Source: an uncultured Treponemataceae bacterium | GTDB taxonomy: Bacteria; Spirochaetota; Spirochaetia; Treponematales; UBA12059 | Length of the DNA stretch: 64,000 nt | Reading direction: 5' to 3' | Assembly (NCBI GenBank): GCA_964482955.1 | Contig: CAYZZW010000006.1 | Location: 2,585 to 66,584 of the forward strand | Part shown: positions 1 to 9,463 of the stretch, piece after piece | How positions within the stretch are numbered: the first letter of the stretch is position 1 | Layout: every line of letters starts with the position of its first letter | Notes under the pieces: model-generated | Seen by the model: only the letters and a program-made list of their open reading frames with translations | The model's database searches: none | What the model was told of the DNA's origin: nothing | Made by a program: the position numbers and the translations under genes

Positions 1-503
1 CGCTCGATCAGGGATCGGGAAGCGGGACCATGGGCGGGCGATCGCGCGCTTGCGGAGCCGGACGATCGTAACTCGCGCGATAAGGACGGCTCGGAGACGT
101 CGTCCTTGAAGAGCGGTTCGGCGGAACCGGCGGGGAGGACGGCGGGACGCGCATCGGAGAACCCGATCGAGCACGCGATCGGTCGATCCATGGATGATCG
201 CGCGTCCGGCGCGCCGCGAACGGGCGCTACGGCGACAACGGCCGGAGCGCCGATCGGCGAGCCGACGGGTTCATCGGCCGGGTCACGGACCGTCGTCGCG
301 GGACGCCAGGGAAAAAGGCCGGTGTCATAGAGGCTTTCCAGCAGCCGATGGGCAGCTTCGGGAGAGCCCGGGATGTACCAAATCCGCTTTTCGGGATTCC
401 AGGCAAAACCCGGAACTTTTTTCAACGCCGCGATGAGAACGGGCTCTTTTGGAATGCGAACGGCGAAACAGCCGCTCTCCTCCGCACTGATCGATACGTC
501 CAT
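1..503 (-). CDS. hypothetical protein, 5' part only (continues beyond window start); small N-terminal domain then Pro/Ala/Ser-rich linker; possibly recombinase-associated N-terminal domain
   Basis: ATG at 503 on minus strand. I checked all 167 in-frame triplets down to position 3 and found no stop. It is absent from the track because it has no stop inside the window. N-terminus MDVSISAEESGCFAVRIPKEPVLIAALKKVPGFAWNPEKRIWYIPGSPEAAHRLLESLYD. The recombinase idea rests only on my recollection of a K-x-VPG-x-x-W-x-x-E-x-K-x-W type N-terminal module. Confidence 0.4.
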   Translation of the reverse strand, partial: MDVSISAEESGCFAVRIPKEPVLIAALKKVPGFAWNPEKRIWYIPGSPEAAHRLLESLYDTGLFPWRPATTVRDPADEPVGSPIGAPAVVAVAPVRGAPDARSSMDRPIACSIGFSDARPAVLPAGSAEPLFKDDVSEPSLSRELRSSGSASARSPAHGPASRSLIE

Positions 504-847
504 GAGTCCCCCGGCGGGCGGCGGCCTTCCAGCCAAGCCCACATGAGGGTAACGACAGCGAGAGGCGGTGCCGCAGGGGATTCTGGACGTTTTTTTGCCA
601 GGGCGAGTCGATTTATCGATCGCGGGGGAGGAGGAAGGGCGCCGGACAGCGTACGATGGCGGGAAACCGGAATCCGAAAACTGGAGGTTTTTGGGATTTC
701 CGCACCGTATGCGAAATCTGGCGCGATTTTCATCCGGGACGCCGCCGAAACAGGCTGTCCCGAACCCATGTCAGTGGGCGGTATCCTAGTATGACACCGC
801 GTTTTTGTCCATGTTTTACGGTACTTTTCGCGGTTTCGGCCGTCGAT

Positions 848-1016
848 CTTCGCGTGAGCGATCGAAGCGAGTAGACCGGAGCCGCGCGGTCCGCGGTTGA
901 CTTCGCTGGGACGGGGCGGGAAAGCCGCAGTGGTCGTAAATTCCCGCGGCGAGAACCGCTCGCGGAGAGCGCGACCCCGCGCCGGGCGCGGGGGCACGCC
1001 CTTCCCCCGTATCGGC
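848..1016. repeat. R1: diverged direct copy (~75-80% identity by eye) of the 168-nt segment immediately upstream of ettA (R2)
   Basis: Collinear alignment with 2338-2505. The first ~40 nt are near identical (cttcgcgtgagcgatcgRagcgagYagaccggagccgcg). The middle is diverged. The last ~70 nt are near identical (cgcggcgagRacYgctcgcggagagcgcgaccccgcgcc..gggcgcgggggcacgccc). Contains the palindrome ccccgcgcc-g-ggcgcgggg. Confidence 0.85.
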
Positions 1017-1025
1017 TTATCCGAG

Positions 1026-1061
1026 ATGTCGTGCGTGGCGAAGACGGTGGTCGGCACGAAG
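1026..1061 (+). pseudogene. decayed fragment matching ettA codons 14-24 (MSCVAKTVVGTK vs MDRVTKRHGTK)
   Basis: Directly follows R1 just as the ettA CDS follows R2. ATG-N6-GTG-(A/G)CG-AAG has identical spacing in both copies. An exact 9-mer ggcacgaag (1053-1061 vs 2590-2598) is displaced by one codon. About 50 nt carrying the promoter and codons 1-13 are missing. Confidence 0.4.
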
Positions 1062-1098
1062 TTTATCAATGCGAAGGCCAAGGCGACGAGAGCCGAAG

Positions 1099-2244
1099 TC
1101 ACGCAGTTTCGTAGACCCAATCCGGCTTGAAGCCCTGGCTTTCGGCGATGATCCCGAGCGACAGCATGGTCGCCTCGTAGGCACGCAGGAGAGTACCCCG
1201 ATCAAGCAGAGCCTCCTCGTGTTCAATACGGAGATCGGACAACCAAGGCTCGACATCGGTCAGCCATTTTTCGTACGAGACGGTGGCGCGCATCGTTTTC
1301 AAGGCTTGGTACTGCAACTCGACCATCGGCTCAAGGTATTCCGTCGAAGGCAGGCGATCCGATTTCGCGGAATTGACCGCCTTCGATACCGGCACCAGGT
1401 TCCACAAGCGGTCGTGCGCGACGAAACTCCACGGCAAGTAATGATCGAGGCTGAAAGTATCGGCGGTCAGCGGCGCGCCCGAGTAAATGCACCTGGCCGC
1501 TCCACCCAGCTTCGGCAACGCCTTCCGCCACCATCTCGTCTGCGCGCCGAGCGCGTCGCGAACGAGGGGCGGCTCGATTTTTTCGATGATGCCGGGGATG
1601 CTCGGGTTGCGTGACTGCAGATACTCGGCCAGACTGAAATGCGTCCAGCCCTTAACGATAGCCAGATTCCGTCCAAGATATTCGATCCAATCATGATGAA
1701 GAACGATGCCCGAACGATCGTCGGTGAAACAGTAAAGCGGATTCCGGGTCAGGAACAGTTCGTCCGCCAAGCGGGCGACGGTCGCGTTGACGCGATGGTC
1801 CGGGAGGCCGCGCGTCTCCTTTTCGAAAAACGGCCGAATCAACCTGAACGGGACGAATCGCAACAGGGATTCCGTATCGGAGTTCCCTTCGCAGATCGTC
1901 CGGAGCCGGCGCCATTCCTTTTGTCCCGCGACGATATACGCCCCCCGGATATCCCCCCACTCGACCGCGTCGATCGCATCCTGCAGCTTGTCCCTGCTTC
2001 CGAGGGAAAGCCGGCAAAAGCCGTGCGGATACCCCCCGGCGAGCATCATGTCGACGGCCAGGTCTTTCAGCGGAACGGGACGATCGAGGGCGTCGGCGCC
2101 ATCGAGGGCCGAACGCCCGATCCGCCCGAGCAGCGCGAGGAAAAAGAAGAATTTGTAGCTGGTAGCGCGATCGTCCAGAAGCCGAGCCAGGATTCCGACA
2201 TCGACGCGGGAAGAATCCGGCAAGGCAACGGTGTTACCGAGCAT
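1099..2244 (-). CDS. HNH (His-Me finger) endonuclease family protein with uncharacterised ~260-aa N-terminal region
   Basis: 381-aa ORF. HNH core LDHYLPWSFVAHDRLWNLVPVSKAVNSAKSD (D-H...N...N-x-x-K, the same pattern as McrA/Cas9-type HNH). GAGGAG Shine-Dalgarno 6 nt before the ATG at 2244. Confidence 0.85.
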   Translation of the reverse strand: MLGNTVALPDSSRVDVGILARLLDDRATSYKFFFFLALLGRIGRSALDGADALDRPVPLKDLAVDMMLAGGYPHGFCRLSLGSRDKLQDAIDAVEWGDIRGAYIVAGQKEWRRLRTICEGNSDTESLLRFVPFRLIRPFFEKETRGLPDHRVNATVARLADELFLTRNPLYCFTDDRSGIVLHHDWIEYLGRNLAIVKGWTHFSLAEYLQSRNPSIPGIIEKIEPPLVRDALGAQTRWWRKALPKLGGAARCIYSGAPLTADTFSLDHYLPWSFVAHDRLWNLVPVSKAVNSAKSDRLPSTEYLEPMVELQYQALKTMRATVSYEKWLTDVEPWLSDLRIEHEEALLDRGTLLRAYEATMLSLGIIAESQGFKPDWVYETA

Positions 2245-2337
2245 GGTTCGCTCCTCTCATGGAGAATACATCATACCATCATGCGGAGGTTCGGAGGAGC
2301 GCCGCGGCGCGTACTCGAGGCTGCCGCGGCGCCGGCT

Positions 2338-2505
2338 CTTCGCGTGAGCGATCGGAGCGAGCAGACCGGAGCCGCGAAGACGGGTCTGGACGTCGCCGGG
2401 ACGCGCGAGGCGGCCGCGGCGAACGGGAAGGCGCGCGGCGAGGACTGCTCGCGGAGAGCGCGACCCCGCGCCCGGCGCGGGGGCACGCCCCTCCCCTTTA
2501 TCGCC
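2338..2505. repeat. R2: ettA upstream segment, partner of R1
   Basis: See R1. Lies between the divergent HNH and ettA genes. No third copy noticed in the window (the shared translated strings IAHAK and RRARPRA occur only at these two loci in the ORF track). Confidence 0.85.
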
Positions 2506-2514
2506 TTTTTTCGA

Positions 2515-2526
2515 TATAGTGCGCGC
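2515..2526 (+). promoter_or_regulatory. -10-like TATAGT followed by 6 nt and the ettA ATG (leaderless-type arrangement)
   Basis: TATAGT 2515-2520, gcgcgc, ATG 2527. No SD. No convincing -35; T-rich stretch upstream. Confidence 0.45.
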
Positions 2527-4209
2527 ATGGCAACCACTTTCGACGACAAGAAGATCATCTACACGATGGACCGGGTGACGAAGCGGCACGGCACGAAGGT
2601 CGTGCTCAAGGACATCCGGATTTCCTACTACTACGGCGCCAAGATCGGCGTCATCGGCTTGAACGGCTCGGGCAAGTCGAGCCTGTTGCGCATTTTGGCG
2701 GGGCAGGACACGGAGATCCTCGGCGAGACGAGCCTGGCGCCGGGCTACACGATCGGCTTCCTCGAGCAGGAGCCGCACTTGACGGCCGGCAAGACGGTCA
2801 AGGAGATCGTGAGCGAGGGCGTGCAGGAGATCGTGGACCTGCTCGCGGAGTTCGACGCGATCAACGAGGCGTTCGGCGACCCGGACGCGGACTTCGACAA
2901 GCTGGCGGAGCGCCAGGCGAAGGTGCAGGAAAAGCTCGAGGCGGTGGACGCCTGGAACCTGGATACGAAGCTGGACCTGGCGATGGACGCCCTGCGCTGC
3001 CCGCCCGCGGACAAGGTGGTGGACGTGCTCTCGGGAGGCGAACGCCGCCGCGTGGCGCTCTGCCGCCTCCTGCTCCAGAAGCCGGACATTCTGCTCCTCG
3101 ACGAGCCGACGAACCACCTGGACGCGGAGACGGTGGCGTGGCTCGAGCGGCACCTCCGCGAGTACGCGGGCACGGTGATCGCCGTCACGCACGACCGCTA
3201 CTTCCTCGACAACGTGGCGGGGTGGATCCTCGAGCTGGACCGCGGCGAGGGCATCCCCTGGAAGGGGAACTACTCGAGCTGGCTGGACCAGAAGAAGAAA
3301 CAGCTCGAAATGGAAGAAAAGGGCGAGTCGGACCGGGCGAAGACCCTGCAGCGCGAGCTCGAGTGGATCGGCATGAGCCCGAAGGGGCGGCACGCCAAGT
3401 CGAAGGCTCGTATAGAACGCTACGAAAAGCTGCTGGCCGAGGACGGCAAGGAAAAGCTGCGCGAGGCGAAGATCGTGCTGCCGGCCGGGCCGCGCCTCGG
3501 GTCGGTGGTCATCGAGGCGAAGGGCTTGTCGAAGTCGTACGACGACCGCATCCTCTTCGACAACATGAGCTTCGAAGTGCCGCCGGGAGCGGTGGTGGGC
3601 ATCATCGGCCCGAACGGCGCCGGCAAGACGACGCTCCTCAAGCTCATCACGGGGCAGGAAAAGCCGGACGCCGGCACGATACGCCTGGGCGAGACGGTGA
3701 AGCTGGCGTACGCGGACCAGATGCGCTCGCACCTCGATTCCGAAAAGACGGTGTGGGAGCAGCTCTCCGGCGGGCTCGACATCGTGAAGCTGGGCGCGCG
3801 CGAAGTGAACTCGCGGGCGTTCTGCTCGTGGTTCAATTTCTCCGGCGGCGACCAGCAGAAGAAGGTGGGCGTGCTCTCGGGCGGCGAGCGGAACCGGCTC
3901 AACATGGCGATGATGGTGCAGGAGTGCGCGAACGTGCTGCTCCTTGACGAGCCGACGAACGACCTGGACGTGAACACGATGCGGGCGCTGGAAGAGGCGC
4001 TCGACAACTTCGCGGGCTGCGCGCTCGTCGTGAGCCACGACCGCTGGTTCCTGGACCGCGTGTGCACGCACATCCTCGCGTTCGAGGGCGACAGCGCGGC
4101 GATCTGGTACGACGGCAACTTCACGGAGTTCGCCGAGTGGCGGCGCGAACAGCTCGGCGCCGAAGCCGACCGTCCGCATAGGTTGGTGTACCGGAAACTG
4201 GAACGGTAG
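2527..4209 (+). CDS. ettA: energy-dependent translational throttle protein EttA (ABC-F ATPase)
   Basis: 560 aa from MATTFDDKKIIYTMDRVTK. Two ABC cassettes (GLNGSGKSS / GPNGAGKTT, LSGGERRR / LSGGERNR, LLLDEPTN x2). Length and N-terminal IYTM-x-RV-x-K motif typical of EttA. The longer track ORF from 1639 is an upstream read-through artefact. Confidence 0.93.
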   Translation: MATTFDDKKIIYTMDRVTKRHGTKVVLKDIRISYYYGAKIGVIGLNGSGKSSLLRILAGQDTEILGETSLAPGYTIGFLEQEPHLTAGKTVKEIVSEGVQEIVDLLAEFDAINEAFGDPDADFDKLAERQAKVQEKLEAVDAWNLDTKLDLAMDALRCPPADKVVDVLSGGERRRVALCRLLLQKPDILLLDEPTNHLDAETVAWLERHLREYAGTVIAVTHDRYFLDNVAGWILELDRGEGIPWKGNYSSWLDQKKKQLEMEEKGESDRAKTLQRELEWIGMSPKGRHAKSKARIERYEKLLAEDGKEKLREAKIVLPAGPRLGSVVIEAKGLSKSYDDRILFDNMSFEVPPGAVVGIIGPNGAGKTTLLKLITGQEKPDAGTIRLGETVKLAYADQMRSHLDSEKTVWEQLSGGLDIVKLGAREVNSRAFCSWFNFSGGDQQKKVGVLSGGERNRLNMAMMVQECANVLLLDEPTNDLDVNTMRALEEALDNFAGCALVVSHDRWFLDRVCTHILAFEGDSAAIWYDGNFTEFAEWRREQLGAEADRPHRLVYRKLER

Positions 4210-4211
4210 CA

Positions 4212-4319
4212 ATGCGGACGGTCCGGGGTGGCGGCGAGTTCGGTCACGAACTCGCCGGCCGCGGCCGAGCGCAGCGAGGAGCGCGGCACCGGTTGGTATA
4301 CAGAAAACACGAACGGTAA
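4212..4319 (+). pseudogene. 35-codon remnant/mini-ORF duplicating the EttA C-terminus (MRTVRGGGEFGHELAGRGRAQRGARHRLVYRKHER*)
   Basis: Last 10 codons HRLVYRKHER* vs ettA HRLVYRKLER*. There are 8 nt differences in 33 nt, all synonymous (5 in sense codons, 1 in the stop) except the 2 in one codon. Different reading frame from ettA. Starts 2 nt after the ettA stop. Confidence 0.5.
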
Positions 4320-4352
4320 GCGACGGAAGTTTCAGCTACGGTTTCATAGATG

Positions 4353-4386
4353 ACCGCCCGGAACGGGATTCCGGGCGGTTTTTTTA
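4353..4386 (+). terminator. rho-independent terminator downstream of ettA
   Basis: Stem accgcccgg / ccgggcggt (4353-4361 / 4371-4379), 9-nt loop, then a T run (4379-4385). Confidence 0.8.
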
Positions 4387-4511
4387 TCGCCCGCTCCCAT
4401 GGACGGAATCGGGCGTTTTTACTAGGCTTCCGTGGTGGTCCCGCGCGTTTCTTCCATACAGGCCTGCGGAACAGGCGATTCGCGACCCGGAGCCACGTGG
4501 AGCGTACTTCG

Positions 4512-6836
4512 ATGAAACTCGGTACCAAGATCAGTCTCGCGGTGCTGGCGGCGGGGCTCGTGCCGCTCGCCGTGATCGGCGGCGTCATCGGGTCGAGCGC
4601 TGCGGCGGAAGCCACGCGCAACGCCGAGCTGCGCGCGATGTCGGAGACCGCCACGACGGCGGCGAAGCTCACGACCTTCTTCGACGCCCGGCTGGCCGCG
4701 GTCACGTACGCGGCGGGCACGAAAGCGGCGCGCGACTTCGACTGGCCGGCCTTCGAAACCGGAGCCCGGAGCGTCGTCGGAAGCGGCCGCTTCTTCGAAA
4801 AGCTGCTCCTCGTGAACGCGGACGGCACGTACTGGGCGACGAACGCGGGGAATCCGGCGAAGCGCGGCCTCGTGACGAAGGACGACAAGAACCCGGACGC
4901 GGCGCCGAACTCCCTGTCGGAACGCCAGTATTTCAAGGATCTCGTGTCGTTCAACAAGACCGGCGCCACCGACATCGTGGCGGATCCGGCCATCTCGCTC
5001 TCGAACGGCGCGCGGCAGATCGTCGTCGGCGCGGCGATCGTCGAGAATTCCTACCCGGTCGGCATGGTCGGCGGTTCGGTGGTCCTCGAAACCCTGGAAA
5101 CCGATTTCGCGGCGATTTCGAAAGAGGTGCAGACGAACCTCGGCGCGGCGGCGTACTTCTTCCTGCTCAGCCCCGCGGGCGACTTCGTGTACCATCCGGA
5201 CCCCGAACGCAATCTCCGGCTCGGCGAGACGGGCGGCAAGAAAGTGGAGCTCCGCGGGAACATCCGCTCGCAGGACGAGGACGAAGCCCTGCGCGACGTC
5301 GGGAGCCAGATCCAGTCGAACGCCTCGGGCTCGGCGACGTTCCTCGATCCGTGGACCAAGAAGGCTTCCACGGTCCACTGGATGCCCGTCGGGTCGACCG
5401 GCTACCGGCTGGCCCTCGTGACGCCCGAGCTGTCGAGCCACGCGTCCGTCTCGGCGACGCTCTGGAAGATCGCCATCGTGACGGTCGCCACCTTCGCGGC
5501 CCTGATCGCGATGGCCGCGGCGCTCGGTCGCGCGATCGGCGTGCCGCTCTCGCGGGCGGCCTCGGCGCTGGCGGACGTGGCGGCGGGCGACGGCGACCTG
5601 ACTCGATCGCTGCCGGTGCGCGGACGGGACGAAGTGGCCGCCCTCTCGAAGGCGTTCAACGATTTCGCCGGCGCCATGGCGGCCATCGTCCGGAAGATCC
5701 GGACCGAGGCCGATTCCACCGGACGCGGGACTGAGGAGCTCGAGCGCGGCTCCATCCGGGCGCGGGAAGCGCTCGACAAGATCCTTTCCGTGTCGTCGTC
5801 CATCGAGCGCGAGGCCGACGCGCAGAACGCGAGCGTGCGGAAGGTGGCCGACGCCTTCCACGCGGGCGAAACGGGGATGCGGCGTCTGTCCGACGACATC
5901 GAAACGCAGTCGTCCGGCGTCGTGGAATCGTCCGCGGCCATCCAGGAGATGATCGGGAACATCGCGTCGGTGAGCCGCACGATGAAGCGCCTCGACGAGC
6001 GGATGGGTTCGCTGCTCCAGAGCTCGTCGAGCGGACGCGAGGTCCTCGAGGACGCGGCTCGCTCGATCAAGAACGTGGCGGCCCGCGCGAGCGCGCTCGA
6101 GGAGGCGAACGCGGCCATACGCGGCATCGCCGAGAGCACGAACCTGCTGGCGATGAACGCGGCCATCGAGGCTGCGCACGCGGGCGACGCGGGCCGCGGC
6201 TTTTCCGTGGTGGCCGACGAAGTGCGCAAGCTGGCGGAGACCGCGCAGGAGCAGTCGCGCATCATCGCGCTGGAACTGACCTCGTCCAACGAGTCGGCGA
6301 TCGAGGCCGAGCGCACCTCGCTCCTCGCCGAGGAGTCCTTCGACGCGATCATGGCGGGCATCGCCGACGTGAACCAGCTGCAGGCCGAAATCAACCGCGC
6401 GATGGACGAGCAGGGCGAGGGATCGCGCCAGATCCTCGAAGCCCTGGCGGACGTCAACCAGCGGACGGAAGGCGTGCGGCAGGTGTCTGGCGAGCTCAAG
6501 GCGACGAACGCGGCCATCGAGACGGCCGTCCGCGAGCTGGAATCGTCCAACGCGGGCGTGATGGCGCGGCTCCGCGAGATCGTGGCGGAGATCGACGACG
6601 TCGGCGAGGCGACTTCGGCCATGTTGGGCCGGATCGACGGCACCCGGGCCGCGGCGCGCGCGACCACCGAGCTCCTGGACCGCTTCAAGCTGCCGGAAGA
6701 CGTCCGGGACGCGGAAGCCGGAGACACGTGCGTCGGAGACAAGGAAGCGGGCGGCGCGGCCGACACGCCGGCCGACGACGCGCGGCCGGCGGACGAATCG
6801 ACCGAAGACGGGAACTCCGCCGAATCGGTCCGGTAA
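4512..6836 (+). CDS. methyl-accepting chemotaxis protein (TM, double-Cache-like periplasmic domain, TM, HAMP, MA signalling domain)
   Basis: Starts [24 protein letters not shown] (ATG 4512, GGAG upstream). Signalling hairpin [32 protein letters not shown]. Confidence 0.9.
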   Translation: MKLGTKISLAVLAAGLVPLAVIGGVIGSSAAAEATRNAELRAMSETATTAAKLTTFFDARLAAVTYAAGTKAARDFDWPAFETGARSVVGSGRFFEKLLLVNADGTYWATNAGNPAKRGLVTKDDKNPDAAPNSLSERQYFKDLVSFNKTGATDIVADPAISLSNGARQIVVGAAIVENSYPVGMVGGSVVLETLETDFAAISKEVQTNLGAAAYFFLLSPAGDFVYHPDPERNLRLGETGGKKVELRGNIRSQDEDEALRDVGSQIQSNASGSATFLDPWTKKASTVHWMPVGSTGYRLALVTPELSSHASVSATLWKIAIVTVATFAALIAMAAALGRAIGVPLSRAASALADVAAGDGDLTRSLPVRGRDEVAALSKAFNDFAGAMAAIVRKIRTEADSTGRGTEELERGSIRAREALDKILSVSSSIEREADAQNASVRKVADAFHAGETGMRRLSDDIETQSSGVVESSAAIQEMIGNIASVSRTMKRLDERMGSLLQSSSSGREVLEDAARSIKNVAARASALEEANAAIRGIAESTNLLAMNAAIEAAHAGDAGRGFSVVADEVRKLAETAQEQSRIIALELTSSNESAIEAERTSLLAEESFDAIMAGIADVNQLQAEINRAMDEQGEGSRQILEALADVNQRTEGVRQVSGELKATNAAIETAVRELESSNAGVMARLREIVAEIDDVGEATSAMLGRIDGTRAAARATTELLDRFKLPEDVRDAEAGDTCVGDKEAGGAADTPADDARPADESTEDGNSAESVR

Positions 6837-6918
6837 ACGTCCGAAACGCCTCGGGCGGCTCGTGGACACGTGGCCGCCCGGAGCGGTATCTTCAGGCACA
6901 CACCGGAGGATACCGCCC

Positions 6919-8682
<1,764 letters not shown>

Positions 8683-8728
8683 GGACGGCAGCGCGAGCGG
8701 ACGAGGCGCGCGGCGGCCGGTCGCCCGT

Positions 8729-9463
8729 TCAGCAGCCAGCGGGCGGCTGGGGAGCCCTGTCGGTCTTCGGGTCGCGCAGGAAGGTTTCGCCCTTCACGAA
8801 CCAGGACACGCCGAAGAAGAACAGGGACGACGTCTCGCAGATGAGCACGATCCGCAGCTCGTTCAAGAGCTCTTCGGGCATGAGGAAATGGCAGGCGACG
8901 ATCGCGAGGAGCGACGCGGCCATCATGACGCCGCAGACGACGTACACGACGTTGCGCGCCTTCTTGCGCGGGGACGGACGCTTGTCGGGATCGCTCTTCG
9001 TGAAGAGGAAGAGCGACATGCACGCGAGTATCCCGAGAAAGGCCGCGGACGTCGCGACGTGGAACAGATCGGACACGTCGGGCGTCAGCTGGAAGATGCC
9101 GACGAACTCCGCGGGATCGAGCCGGTTCCGGCAGGGGAAGGCCGGCACGCCGAGCCCGAAGACGCCGGCGGCGATGGTCACGATGCGGTCGACGAGGTCG
9201 TAGCCCTTGTAGCAGAGCAGGAAGATGGCGACGACGACGAGCGTGCCGCACACGAGATCGCGCATGTTCGAGTAGTAGTACATGCTGATCGATTCGAGCA
9301 CCGCGACGCCCGCGAAACAGAGCCCACCCGCCACGCACGCGAAGGGCAGGAGCATGCCCATGAGGCCTACCGTACGCCTGAGCGCGCGATAGGACAGGAT
9401 GATGTCCTCGTTTTTCTTGCCGAGCGCCGCCGCCACGCGCGCGCCGATTTCCGAAAGTTTCAA
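8729..9463 (-). CDS. polytopic membrane protein of unknown function (about 6 TM helices)
   Basis: C-terminal part of track ORF 8729..11527. Proposed TTG start overlaps the ppk stop (cTTGAaa) with GGAGGA upstream. Hydrophobic segments such as LMGMLLPFACVAGGLCFAGV and VVYVVCGVMMAASLLAIVACHFL. Start uncertain. Confidence 0.65.
   Translation of the reverse strand: MKLSEIGARVAAALGKKNEDIILSYRALRRTVGLMGMLLPFACVAGGLCFAGVAVLESISMYYYSNMRDLVCGTLVVVAIFLLCYKGYDLVDRIVTIAAGVFGLGVPAFPCRNRLDPAEFVGIFQLTPDVSDLFHVATSAAFLGILACMSLFLFTKSDPDKRPSPRKKARNVVYVVCGVMMAASLLAIVACHFLMPEELLNELRIVLICETSSLFFFGVSWFVKGETFLRDPKTDRAPQPPAGC

Noticed and set aside
640-760. Possible cobalamin riboswitch-like strings (ggtgcggaaatccc ... 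cccgccatcgt on the minus strand) and an imperfect hairpin at about 664-706
   Set aside because: Spacing and order do not fit the B12 element, there is no B12 box, and the downstream gene is not a B12-related target. It remains unexplained non-coding sequence.
1639-2526. 5' extension of the ettA ORF (track ORF 1639..4209, 856 aa)
   Set aside because: The extension runs antisense through the HNH gene and through repeat R2. EttA homology begins at MATTFDDKK (2527), which has a -10 hexamer 6 nt upstream.
1099-4209. HNH nuclease plus ABC ATPase as a Septu-like (PtuA/PtuB) defence pair
   Set aside because: The ATPase is a full-length, canonical EttA translation factor. It is divergently transcribed and is not an AAA_15/21-type PtuA.
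2257-4212. 651-aa ORF antisense to ettA (also 2745..3188, 3138..3947, 3420..4310)
   Set aside because: Arg/Ala/Val/Glu low-complexity translation on the opposite strand of a strongly conserved ABC-F gene. This is typical stop-codon paucity in high-GC DNA.
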